From Paramecium tetraurelia (taxonomy: Eukaryota), in contig CT868207.1 in the NCBI GenBank assembly GCA_000165425.1, forward strand, positions 744,001-808,000: a stretch of 64,000 nt of DNA, given 5' to 3'. The notes under the pieces are model-generated. The model was not told the DNA's origin. It was given only the letters and a program-made list of their open reading frames with translations, and did no database searches. Position numbers and translations under genes: made by a program. How positions within the stretch are numbered: the stretch's first letter is position 1; the number at the start of each line of letters is the position of its first letter. This document shows positions 1 to 12,580 of the stretch, piece by piece.

Positions 1-998
1 AAAAAAGTCTTGAAGTTTTGGAAGGGAATCATTTATATAAACTTCTTTAAGTGGTTTCAAAATACGTATTATAATAACACAATTCATAGGTTCTCAACAA
101 CAACAATGAAAAATTCGAATTATCAACAGATTAATATGGATGCTTAATTGTGAATAAGATAATTGATATATATCCTAAATTATTCGATGCTTAAACAAAG
201 ACTTTATGCAATGAGATAATAACAAGAGCAATTGAAAATAGTTCTGGCCTGACTAGAAGATAATTTGCTAATTATATTATTTAATCAATATTGGAGAAAG
301 GGTAAGAGGTTCATAAAAGATTGTTGATGGATCAGTATCTCATTAAAGATTTTATACCAATGTCTATGGATAAATACGGTAGCAATGTAGCAGAAAAAGC
401 CATAGTTTATGGAGGTTCTTAATGGAGAACAAGGTTATGGGAAGAAGTAACAGTCTCAGAAAGGTAGTATCTATCCTTATGATTATAGTTCTTTTAAGAA
501 ATTGGTCAATGATTAGTTTGCAAATTATCCGATTCAAAGACTATTTGAATATTTAGATTAACCATTAAGACAGGAGTATTTGGCATTACTAAATAAATTT
601 TCAGATAATAACTAATTAAATAATCATGGATAGATTGTGTTAAAGTTTGCATAAGCAAATTATAATGTTAAAAGATATACTTAAAAGATATTATAGACTG
701 AAAAGAACAAGCAAATCAAAAATAGTTAGAAAAATTAAAATTAAAAATCATAAACTAAAAATTAAAATTTAACTAATAATCCTCAAAATTAGTAATAAAT
801 TGACAATGGATTTAAATAAATGTAATAAGAATAGTTTTAAGTTATGATGATGTAATAGATGATGTATTATTAATAATAATAACAGTTGTTATTGCAAAAA
901 CAGATGCCATAATTATATTATTAAGATTAAAATTATCTTCATTATGGAGCAATGAATTAAGAGTAATAAATGATGATGTTTCGTTGGTAATAATAATA

Positions 999-1036
<38 letters not shown>

Positions 1037-1071
1037 TTAATCAAAATATGAACTAAAAGAATGGATAATGA
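1..1071 (+). CDS. Pumilio/PUF RNA-binding protein, 3' part (5'-truncated by the window), with a Gln-rich tail
   Basis: Code-6 translation gives PUF repeat cores STDQYGCLIVNKII, RRQFANYIIQSILE, MDKYGSNVAEKAI and VNDQFANYPIQRLFE. Intron 464-488. Stop TGA 1069-1071. Confidence 0.88.
988..1029 (+). repeat. (TAA)n microsatellite encoding poly-Gln (14 Q) in the PUF C-terminus
   Basis: In-frame TAA run with one TAG. Confidence 0.85.
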
Positions 1072-1507
1072 ACTGATAATCTATGTTAAATATAATATAT
1101 ATTTTAATTTAAACATTATATCCTTGAAATGCTACTTTTTTATACCTAAAATTATCTTTAAAATATTTAAGGATCATTTTTTTTAATCTAAATTATTCAC
1201 ATAAGAAATTGAGTTACTATTTTTTTTAATTAGATATTGCTTACAAATTAGATTGATCAGGAAGACTCTATGTATGTTTAATCTATAATTATTATTGAAA
1301 TCTTTCCAAAGAAAATAAGATTATTGGAATTACAGAATTTCATAGATTGAGTATGAAATTGATTCTTTATTTCTTGAAAGCTGTGTCTTAATGCTCTTCG
1401 ACCCTTAAACTAATAGGTTTTGAGAAAAAAAGATCATAAATATCATGTTCATTAGTTTTCAAGACAGGTCAATTTTTGCGCTTGTTATATTATTATTTAA
1501 AATTTAA

Positions 1508-2949
1508 ATGAGTTAGGAGATTTCAAAAGAAATATTAGCACTCTCAATTCATGTTGCAGCAGCCACATCTGCGATTACAATACAAACTCAATAAAGAATG
1601 ACTTTAGTGACAAATAGTGTATTAGAGACTGTGGGTTAAACAATGAAGATAATAAATTTCTTAATGTCTTGCTCTTAGAAACAGTCACACTTAGAAGCAG
1701 TTATAGAAGAACAAGAAGATGACGGCTAGAAGGATTCAAAAACAAAGGATTGTTTAAATGAATAGTTCTTCAAAACTGTATAAGCTGATTGTTTTAATGA
1801 TGAAGTGATGGAAAATTAGAAGTAGAAAGAAAATTGTCCTACAGACATAATCTTGAGACAGGCAAGTGAGTTGAAAGGATAAAGTATATTGAAATCAAAT
1901 AATATTTTCTCAGCAGAATATCCAAAATGCTATGTTAAGCAAGTTGAAAATTTAACACCAATTTAGATAAGAAAACCATCTTTATTGTCTTAGCAACTTT
2001 CCTAGATTAAGGTAGATAAATTGAAAGAAGCAGAGGAATAGAGAGAGTTAATGAAATTAATAGAATCTGTAGATCCCATAGAATTAATCCCGAAGTTAAA
2101 ATCAATTGAAATTTATGATGAGTATAAACGATCATCAGGATATAAAGATATATTAGTATATTCAAACAAGCAATAGATAGTGATTAATGAGCAAGAGGAG
2201 GAATAATAGTTGATGGATTCTTCAAGCAAATCAGAGTGGTATGAGAATTCTTCAGTTGAATATCGTGCTACTTCTTATAATACAAATGAATCTTCAAATT
2301 TGGATCATCATTCATATAAATGGAAGAGTAGCAGTTTTGGAGATGATAATTTAATGTAAGAGTGTGGATTTCAATTTCAATCTTCAGTGTTCGATTTTCC
2401 ATTTCCTGAAGATTTCTGTGCTGACAGTTAGAACATACATACTAACATATAAAATATTGAGAACAAGAATTAACACACTCCCAAAAAAAGGAGACTCTAT
2501 TGTAACAATAAGAAAGTTCCTCATTGGGCTGAAAATTTAGAAGTAATAAATTAATTTAATATAATTAGAAAGTATCACTTCATTAGAATTAATAATAGAA
2601 TTTATCTTAGAATTAAATATTTGGTAGAATGAAATAAAGGGTTCTAGATATTGCTAAGTAGTTTTCTTTCAATAGATTAAACAAAAGAGGCAGTTCAGCT
2701 TAGTGGCATATATCTAATGATAAGTATGAGTAGATGTAAAAGTAAATGATGAAGTTGCAATAAATATAAGATGAAAATATCGTAAAATTGAAGTAGCATT
2801 AAGAGGATGTATGATATATGTGTCTAACAAATTTCTAGTCTGTGTAAAAGAATTAAGGACTTTATGCTAAAACATAGTACTTTTTAACGAGCATCAAAAA
2901 AAAGATTCTGAATTCTTTTGAAAAAGAATACAAATACAAAAATGTTTGA
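1508..2949 (+). CDS. INCENP-like protein (Aurora kinase-binding IN-box near the C-terminus)
   Basis: ATG 1508. After splicing intron 2543-2568 it reads KKVPHWAENL...QIFG...LDIAKQF...KRGSSAQW, matching the IN-box pattern P.WA...IFG...KRTSSA.W. Intron 2809-2838. TGA 2947-2949. Confidence 0.7.
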
Positions 2950-2970
2950 TAATTCTTTATATTATTATTA

Positions 2971-3709
2971 ATGACTTATTCAATATTTATTTAAACTCCA
3001 GAAGGTAATCAACTCCATTTCAGAGGATCTGAATTTAGTGATATAAAGGTATTTGTCGGTCAGGAACTTGGAATTCCAGAAGATATACAAAAGTATCATA
3101 TAGGTGGGAGACTGTTGTCAAATATTTCTCAATTGAGTGATTTATGTACTATAACACTGTTTTTGGGATTGCAAGGTAAGGAAATCATGATTATAATTAG
3201 GTGGTAAGGGAGGTTTTGGATCTTTATTGAAAAATTAAGCTTAAACTAGAAGAAAGATTATTAATTGGGATCAATCCAGGGATAGAGATGGCAGAAGGAT
3301 TATTAATTCCAAGAATACAATCAATTTAATTAACTATTTCTAGAATAAAAAGGATGAGCCAACTAAAATTAAGAAGGAGAGGGATTAAGTTGAATTAACT
3401 TAAGCAACATTAAAAGCAAATGAAAGCAATATCAAATTGGATTAGGTTTACATTAGAAGAAACCAATAAAACGAAAAGAATATTGAGAATTCAATATAGT
3501 AGGCGAAGGGTAATTACAAGGCTAGGAAATAAGCAGAAAAAGTAAAGGAAAAAGTAGAACTTGATTTTTTGAATGAAATTGATTAATTTTTAGAAGATGA
3601 AAAATTAGAATAATAAGAAGAATAATTAAATAATACAGATGAACAAATGAATAAATCAGAAAGTGTTGGAACTGAAGAACCTGAAATATCAAAGAAAGTT
3701 AAAGTTTGA
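2971..3709 (+). CDS. SDE2: SDE2 ubiquitin-fold splicing/replication-stress regulator
   Basis: Ubiquitin-like N-terminus, then LGLQGGKGGFGSLL...NWDQSRDRDGRRI. Intron 3176-3200. TGA 3707-3709. Confidence 0.9.
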
Positions 3710-3750
3710 ATTTGAATATTATCATAAATTATAAATTTCTAATTCCATAA

Positions 3751-4805
3751 ATGAAGCATGTACTTATCAATATCACTTAAAGGTCACTTAAACAGAGTAC
3801 GGTGGTCCACAAGTTCTAAAATTAGGGGAATCAGAAATACCAAAACCATTAGAGAACCAATCATTAGTAGAAATCAAATCAACATCAATAAACAGAGCAG
3901 ACACTTTATAAAGATAAGGGCTTTATTCCATGCCAAAGGGAGTTACACCGATATTAGGGTTGGAATTTGCTGGTTATGAACTCGATGAAAATGGAAACAG
4001 AACAAGAAAAGTTATGAGTATCTTGCCAGGAGGTGGATATTCTTAATTTGCAGTAGTCAATAAAGATCATTTGATTGATGTTCCTGCTAACATCCCTTTA
4101 GAAATTGTAATGATATTGTAATATAATAGGCTGGAGGAATCTCTGAAGTTTATTTGACTGCTTATCTCTTGTACAAATTATCGGATTTAAGAAAGGGAGA
4201 CTCGTGTTTAATTTATGCTGCAGCTTCAGGAGTTGGATAAGCTGCTTTGCAATTGGGCAACATCTTTGGAGTGAATACAATAGCTAGTTGTTCTAAAGGA
4301 AAGGTTGATGCTATTAAAAAATACACCAAGAACATTATCATAAGAGATGATACAATTGAAGAATAGTTCAAATAATTGCAGAATATTTGTCCATAAGGGG
4401 TGAATGCAGTATTTGATTGCATAGGAAAACAAAATTACAAATTAACTGTTGATAGTTTAGCAATTGATGGAAAATGGATTTTGTATGGTTTAATTACAGG
4501 AGGATTAGTTGAAAATTTCAATTTAGCCTCTTTATTGCATAAGAGAATAAGTTTAATCAATACCACTTTGAGGTAAATGTAAACAATACTTGAATAGGTC
4601 TCGACCTGATGAATTCAAGAAGAATTTGATAGAAGAATTTAACTAAAATGTTTTACCATATATTGCTAATGGAGCAATTGATATTCCAGTGGATTCTATA
4701 ACAAAAATAAAATGGGATCAAAATGGAATTAATGAATTCATTAGATTACACACAGAAATGGAGTAGAATAAGAGTGCTGGAAAATAGATTGTAGCTTTCG
4801 AATGA
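3751..4805 (+). CDS. NADPH:quinone oxidoreductase, PIG3/zeta-crystallin (MDR) family
   Basis: YGGPQVLKL, INRADTLQRQGLY, ILGLEFAG, LIYAAASGVGQAALQ, GTTLRSR-like segment, NKSAGKQIV. Introns ~3760-3782, 4107-4129, ~4573-4597. Confidence 0.92.
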
Positions 4806-4862
4806 TTTCGTTGATCGTGATAGATTAATATTTTATTTTTATTGCATTTATGATAGATCTAA

Positions 4863-5838
4863 TCATCTCCTTATAGCTAATAGTGCTAAGGACATTATTG
4901 ATGACAATCCAAAAAACAATGAATATGCTTAATGAGTCTAGGGGGTAGGTAGAGGCTTATCAAAGTTGTCTTTGGTTGCAGGAATAGGATATAAGTTAGC
5001 TGATTCTTCGTCGTATTCCTATACTAATCTTTCAATGTATGCAGCTGAAGAATCAGTCTAATTTTATTATGAATCTTTACTAAATTGAATGATCTGTATA
5101 ATCTAGACATGAACCATAAGTCGATGTAATTATAGACTCCTTCTCTTGGCCAATTTCTTCTTCCTTTTAATATGTCTTCCTCTTCTCCTTTTCTCACCAT
5201 ACCTACAAATTCTACAAATGGCATTTGATAATCTTCCTCCATATTGGCAATATTTCTATTGAAACCTGTCAATTAATCATCATCCTCATTATGAGGCACG
5301 TTATCATAGGTCTTATGGAATACAAATCATTGTACTGTTGTTCCAATAGGTTCCTAACCCATTTAGATATCACTAATGTTATCCTTGGGCACCCATCCTA
5401 AATTTACCATCACTTATGATTTGGTCGTTTATTCTGGATCCTGTTCAGTATCATTAAATTGCAATGCTGTTACGAATGGTGCAAACACAAGGAATCCATC
5501 TCTGCCTTCTCTTTCTCTTCTCACAAAAAATCTTTCATCCTTTCATAACAAACATCCCTTACTCTGAAATATCCATACAATTTCACTAATTTATACTCCC
5601 AATTTCTTATATTTTAAACCCATGGATATCTGCTTGCGTTCAGTCCATTTATACTAACAGGTTTCCATTCTGTAATTTCATTCTCAACTTTCTCATATAA
5701 TTATTTTTGTTATCCTCCTTTCCATTAATGCCAAGCACAACCATAAGCACCTCCGAAGAACACACCATATGCCAATAGTTTGATTATTCCATTGCTTTAT
5801 CTTTAAGCAAAAGAATTAAATACTTATGTTGAAAGCAT
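4863..5838 (-). CDS. SURF1: SURF1/Shy1 cytochrome c oxidase assembly factor
   Basis: Presequence-like start MLSTQVFNSFAQRQS, N-terminal TM ending WHQW, GFLVFAPF, VMVNLGWVP, NWP..GVYNYIDL, C-terminal HSQAYSLFF TM. Confidence 0.85.
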
Positions 5839-6394
5839 TAATATTATTATAATATACCCAAATTTCATTTGACCAAACACATTTAGCAGCATTTTACATA
5901 ATCCAGAATACTTCTCCATCATAACAAGAATATTGAGTAATTATAAAAGTCAGAAGACTATCCATCACTCCAAATTTACAAATCAAACCTTTTTGATTTT
6001 CTAGAGCTAATGAATACTTAGAATCTATAACTTATTTATAAGAATTATTATAAAATACTTAAACACTCCAAAGCATTCTCACAAAAAGATTAATGATCTA
6101 TAGAAGATAGATAAAATTAGTTAATTTCACTAGAAAATTTTGATTAGTTTAAGAATATTGTTAAAGGTTAGAAATTTTAAGGCGTGACAATTAATTTTGA
6201 TTTAGCTTAAGTTCTCAGTAGAATACATGATGTTATTATATCAATTTATGCTTTCCCTACAATTAATAACTTATAAAGAACCCAGTTTTTTAACAATTTT
6301 ATAACTTCTATGGTCATCCTAGAATGTGATGACATAAATGTGTAATATATTTACATAATGGATGATACTTCATTATTCGAATATTAATATAAAG

Positions 6395-7500
6395 ATGTAA
6401 AATAAACCATCATTTTCTTAAAGTTTGATACCTTTAGTTTGTCTAGACATTGGTGGAACATTGACAAAAATGACTTTTGCAGCCAAGAAAGATTTCATTA
6501 TAAATTGCCAAACAAAATAAGAACTTAAAAGTATGAGATTTGAGATTTTTATTCATAGTCTAAAATGAGAATGAAGATTACGAGATTCATTTTCTATCTC
6601 ATCCTAATTCATTGGATGTACTAATACAACACTTAGAAGAAATAGGCTTTATAGTAGATGGAAAATCACATATCTAAACATTTTATATCACAGGTGGAGG
6701 TTCATTTAAGTATTATGATTAAATTTCAAATTACGGAAACATTGTCAGAATCAATGAATTCGATGCTCTAAAGTTCGGATTCAAATTATTGGACAGCATC
6801 AAATACAAAAATACATACTTTACCTTTAATAATGGTATTGAGTATTTGTAATTGACGGTATTTTTAATTAAAATAAATTTTAGGCATCAATTTATCCGTT
6901 CATATTGGTAAATATAGGAAGTGGAGTTAGTATATTAAAGTTCGATAATGATGAATAATTTGCTCGAATCTCAGGCACTTGTTTAGGAGGTGGTATGTTT
7001 TTAGGATTGAGTCATCTATTTACTGGCATTAATGATTTTGATGAATTATTGAAAATGACTAAAAAAGGATCGAATGCAGCAACAGATTTATTAATTGATG
7101 AAGTTCATTTGGGATTCTAATCTCCAACAAGAGATAAAAATGAAAAGCATGTAGCTGTCAGTATGGGAAAATTGAAGTAGAATTCGAATCTTAATTAATC
7201 AGATCTAGTCAAATCTTTACTCTATATGACTACATATAATATTAGTTAAATAGCATTCCTACATTCAAAACTACATAATATTGAAAGAGTGTTCTTTTCA
7301 GGGCACTTTATTAGAAATCATGAAGAAACATTGTAATGTATAAGTGAAGCTTTCTCCTATTTCTCAAAATTAGATTAGTAAAATAGACATGTATGAACAT
7401 AATTCTATTATAGCCATATTTTATCAAACATGATGGATTCATTGGAAGTTTGGGATCATTTTGGAATGGAATTCAAACATATAAATAAAACAACCATTGA
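6395..7500 (+). CDS. PANK: Type II (eukaryotic, fumble) pantothenate kinase
   Basis: LDIGGTLTK, ITGGGSFKY, YPFILVNIGSGVSILK, RISGTCLGGGMFLGL, FFSGHFIR, KHDGFIGSLG. Start ATG uncertain (an in-frame ATG also lies at 6227). Confidence 0.92.
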
Positions 7501-7599
7501 TTTATTAATAATTATCCATATTATTGAATTACTATTAAAAATGAAACTCTACATTTTACATACATAAATATACAAACAATATAAATTTTATTTTAATTG

Positions 7600-8248
7600 A
7601 TGTTACTATAATTCTTATTATTAATAACAGAAGTGCAATCAATAAGTTTGAAATTCAAGATACCTCCTGGACATTAATAGTGTATAAAGGATAATGTTGC
7701 ATAAAATACTCTCATTTATGGATAATATGAATCATCCACATTATTATATATTTTTACTTTGAATGTATGAAACAAATAAATACTCTTATAGGTAATCAAT
7801 TAACAAGAAATTGAAAATACAATAATTGAGTACTCAAGTCAGGCAGTATCACAATTCCATCATGTAATGTAAGAATCGGGAGAGATTTCTATGTGTTTTG
7901 AAGTGGATGATTATTCTGACATTGCAACTTTTCATCTATTTTATGAAAGTGGTAGAATATTCATTATTATTCTGAGGTGCTGAAATCTATGATCAAGATT
8001 AATTACCTAAAAAGCAACATGTTTAAAATATTAATGAGACATTGGAATAGATGGAATAATTGTAATAAGAAATTTCTAGAGAATAATTATTAATTGTAGA
8101 TAGAGAACACATAAGAAAAATATCTTTTGTAGATTTTTAATAACAAATTGTTGAATTTACAGCCATAACCTTAAGTATACTCATTATTGTAGCTGTTTTA
8201 TAAGCCATTTATATCAGAAGATATGCAAAATATAAAAAGTTATCTTGA
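7600..8248 (+). CDS. p24/emp24/gp25L (TMED) GOLD-domain cargo receptor
   Basis: Signal peptide, IPPGHQQCIKD, two Cys, coiled coil, C-terminal TM and tail YIRRYAKYKKLS. Intron 7765-7791. Confidence 0.85.
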
Positions 8249-8470
8249 TTAGTTTATGAATATATTTATTTATATTAATTATCTTTCAATTAAATAAATA
8301 ATTACTTCTTTTTATTATTTATTGTATAGGATGGGAATTAAATTAATATAGATCTAATTACAATTAATTAAATTGTTCATTAATATGAAAACATATTTAA
8401 TCAACTCTTTTACTAGAATTGTTTTTAAGATTTTTAAATATTATTAAATAATTAAATAATAATATAATAA

Positions 8471-9468
8471 TCAACAGGAAATGGATGGATTATTTTTGTA
8501 ATATTAATTACTTACTTTGTTATATTTTAAATTCGATGAACTCCTTTCTGGAACCTTTTAACTTAGTTCAGTTTGTTCTAGCTTTTTTAAAGTATGTTAT
8601 TGTGATTTTGTTCTGGAATTGAATGATTTCTCAAAAAATTGATCTAAAATTAATGATATTCTTATAACCTATATGATATAAGTGTTATTTGCTTGATTGA
8701 GCATTAGTTAATTCTTCGCTTGTCTTGTTAACAAATGATAGATTTTTCCTTTATTTAGTATCCTTCTAAAGATTAATAATTTAGTTTTTATTGCTAAAAG
8801 TACTAATGCTTTAATGATCATAATCTGTTAATTCTGTGTGATATCTATTATTCAATTTGAGATGGGGAACTTTTAGTTTCTTATCATTTGTGACATTCTA
8901 ATCAGGATTCTTATTGAGTTATTAAGTGTGTTAAGCTAATTACATTTGTAATTTCATAATCTCTATTTCTTCATTTATTTTTGAGTTCTTACTAATTTAT
9001 TTAACTAGTATAAATTTATGATTGTTGATTTCCTATGATATAAAATAATTATATTACTTATTCAAGATCTTTGACTTTCTATTTTAACTCTTGGTTTTGG
9101 TGTTTCAAATCTATACATAATTTATTGAGAACTTGACATTCATCTCTAAAAAAAATCAATTTATTTTAAGTTTTGACTACCTAACAAAAATTTACTAAAT
9201 TTCTTACTTCTGTCTCATTTTCATGATAGGTTATATATTCATCAAATTTTTATTGCAAATTCTTAAAATCTGTAGACATTTGTTCAACAACCAATTTAAA
9301 TGCCTTATAAAAGCTATTTTACTGACTTTACAATAGGCTTGAGAACTTAGAATTAGAATTGATCATCAAAACTTCCATCTCCTTACAAATATCCTTTAAT
9401 TTCCTAGCGACATTACTATCTAATGAATCATAAGTAAGTTGAGGTCCTGTTAGATAAAGTGTTGACAT
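8471..9468 (-). CDS. Hypothetical coiled-coil protein
   Basis: ATG 9468 (MSTLYLTGPQLTYDS...), long code-6 frame with small introns, heptad-like FFRDECQVLNKLC. Confidence 0.6.
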
Positions 9469-9506
9469 ATTATAATTTTATTATTTACAAAATAAATATA
9501 ATTAAT

Positions 9507-10170
9507 TCAAGATGATAAGGTTTACTAATTTTCTAATTTTTTAAGAAACTTAGACCTATTATGAAGATGAATAGTAAGTCCTTGCTTTTAAAAGTTGTTG
9601 AAAATCTACTAAAACCTTTATATGTCCAATCTCTCTGAGGTATTTAAAAGTTCTAAAATAGATTTTTAATTTACTTTAAGAAATAGGCGGTTTCATCCCA
9701 TTTTGCTTGTAACAATTCAGTAAGTATCGATCAAATTTTTATTGATTTACGATTTCATTATGTAGGTATTGGCAACGTAAACCATAAGGACAGAATCCTT
9801 CATTGAAGTATCGAACACAAGCTTTGGTCTTATAATTTTGATGTAAATGAATTTTAGGTTATAATTCTCTTTCACCATGTGCAAAGGAACACTATTAAGA
9901 ATATTAAATGTATAATACTTCATCTCCAAATTTACAATATCCCAAAGCTTAATAATTTTTACATAGTTCTGTTTTCTTTTTCTTAGTATACTCTTCAATA
10001 TATTGTTTTTTTTGTTCAATAGTTTCAAATCTCTTTTTTTTAGGTTTAACACTTAAGTTATTAATTCAATATTACTCAATTTCAAAGAAAGTCTCATCGT
10101 CCTTTTCATCTGTGCTGGTACTCTTTTCATCCCAGTCTTCTTTTACACATTGATTACTACAAATGCTCAT
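9507..10170 (-). CDS. Tandem CCCH zinc-finger protein (TIS11/ZFP36-like)
   Basis: KKKTELCKNYQALGYCKFGDECSFAHG and YKTKACVRYFNEGFCPYGLRCQYLH. 3' end approximate. Confidence 0.9.
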
Positions 10171-10285
10171 TAACTATAATAATTTATTATTCTAAAACTG
10201 TTCATTAATTAAACTGAAAAATAGAAATTTAATAAAACTGAATTTATTATAAAATATAATATATATATTGAATGTAAAAATATCC

Positions 10286-12580
10286 TCATTTAACACTGGT
10301 TTTAGGTCTAATCAATTGTTATGGGAAATGTTGTTGATATTCTCTTTATGTTAATTATCTGTTTTCATCAATTAAAGAAACCTACTCTTCTGGGAATTAA
10401 TAGAAATATGGATTTAGCTATTGCTTAATTTAGTTAGAATCTGAAAATAATATAGTAGTTTTATTAAATATATTCTTTTTAATATCTTGGAATGTTTGAT
10501 TAATGTTACCCTAAATCTAATATTAAATAAGTACTTGATATATCAATCTATTATTTATATAGATATGAACTTGCTTTACTCCTCTTTGCCAATCCTTTGT
10601 ATAATTATAAAAATCTATTCCACTGAAACAAGTAAGTTTATCGAACAACACATATATCTTATTGATGTCCTGTCTCTCCAAATCTCTTGCTTTTTAGATT
10701 ATGATGGCATTTTTATTTTTTAGTTTCTCCATTGGAGTGTTTATGAAAGGAGCCAAGAAGCTTCTCTAAGGTTAACAAGTGGTATCATGAGGAGGAATCA
10801 CTAAATTCTAGACTACTCTTGGGTCATCTTCCAACTTGAATTATATTAGGATTTAATTACTTGAGGAACTGAGTGAATTGTATAAGGAATTATTTTTCTT
10901 GATAATAAGGCAGAACCTTAATGATCATAAATCTCTAATCCATTTAAACCGATATAATTGTTATCTCCCCAAGTATTAAACAAATAAATAGTGACTAGCA
11001 TCCCACAAGGAGGATATGCTATTATGTAATTTTAGTTAAATAATTCATAATTAGACACCAAATTTCCAGTATAAGAATTATTATTAGGTTAAGTCAGAGT
11101 AATTGTTTAAACAAAATTAATTTCTTCACATGGAGCAGGTCTTAAATCTATTGATATAATAAATAATTACTAAATATTTTGAATCTCCCATTATAAGTAA
11201 TTTTGACTATTTCTGGTCCAGCAAATGTTGATTCACTTATGATTTGATTGCAATTGTAAAATTTAATCATAGACAATTTTGTCAATTGTTTAAATTTGAA
11301 ATAAATTTTCTTTTGTTTTAGCCAAACCATATTTGATGAATCAACTAGAGTAGGATTATTAGAATAGAATAGTCGTTGTATGTCATAATCAGTTAAATTA
11401 GAATCCAAAATATCTTCTTAATAAATCTGTTAATTTCTGTCATCAATCAACATTAGCCCATTAAGTCCTAGAAATCTCTTTGATCCATTATTAAACTCCA
11501 ATAAGATATCAGAAACAGTAAGGTATTCTGGATATTGCATTTATACCTTTTCTTATTTATTTGAAGTCCTCTAAATATATTACTCCTTATATTATTGTTG
11601 TTGTCTTTAAATCTAGAGTGCTTACTGCTATTGATCATTATTTTATAGCTAATATAGTCTGGATGAATATAATTTTGATGAAGGAGATTATTCATTTTAT
11701 TACTATCTTGTATTCTATGACTATAATTTAGTACCAGTGTTCGGTCTAATTTATTACATACTCATAGTCTATTATAGAATCTAGATAGAATAATCTTCAG
11801 CTCTTTTGTTCAGCCAATCTAATTCAGCTATTCTATTAATTATTTTATTGTCCTATGTAAATAATATGTATTCACAATTATCTTAGAACTTTTTTAGATC
11901 TCCTGTTGCTTTCTGGATGTCTCCATAAAATATCTAACTAAAATATTACATAAATAGTTTACTAATCTCTCATCTAATGTTATCTTTAATAATCTAACAC
12001 CTTTATAAGATCTTATCCTTGACTTATTGTAATTCCAAATTCTTATCAAAGATATTTTGATGTTTGCAGTCAAATCAATAATGATTTCTGGTTTTAAATT
12101 CTTTGTTTTCCAAATATGTTTATCATCTTTAACAGCTTAGTAACCGTCAATCAATTTCAATTTCTCTATGTATTCATCTTGCATAGGCATTTTAATATAT
12201 CTAGTGATATTGCCTCCTTGTGAGTCAAAGACTTCAATTCCATTTAGACCAACTTGTTATTTATCTCCCCAATTTGATAGAACATTAAATTTGAGATATT
12301 TACCTGATGGCAAAACAGGAATTTCAAATCTATTTCCAACTATACTCTGCTCGATTTGATGTTAATTGTTTTTTATTCTCCTTTGACTATCGAAAATATT
12401 ATGAACTTTTGGATGAGATTTCATCTTTGAATCATTGAAACTCATTCTTTCTGGTTATTAAATCACATTAGCATTCTCGTTGAAACTCATATGTCCTTAT
12501 TGTTAATACATTTGGAATCCCTGCTGTAATATTTGTAGGGCATGTTCTTTAGATTAAGGCTTTAATAATTATTGTTACAT
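10286..12580 (-). CDS. KATNIP: Katanin-interacting protein-like (KIAA0556/DUF4457 repeats)
   Basis: Repeated motifs LSNWGDKQQVGLNGIEVFD and NTWGDNNYIGLNGLEIYD, also DPRVVQNL. Ends RPKTSVK*. Confidence 0.82.

Noticed and set aside
988..1029. TAA arrays as telomeric, CRISPR or stop-codon arrays
   Set aside because: In-frame poly-Gln under code 6. No repeat-spacer structure and no G3-4T2-3 telomeric tracts seen in the window.
4098..4432. Three overlapping minus-strand ORFs in the supplied track
   Set aside because: Antisense shadows of the quinone oxidoreductase. The same applies to ORFs at 5376, 12168, 14382, 16900, 17791, 24238, 33236, 44659, 45263, 49158, 51916, 58298 and 60597.
5917..5922. 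Upstream ATGs as the SURF1 start
   Set aside because: ATG 5838 gives an uninterrupted presequence-like N-terminus in frame with the first TM. The upstream ATGs need extra assumptions.
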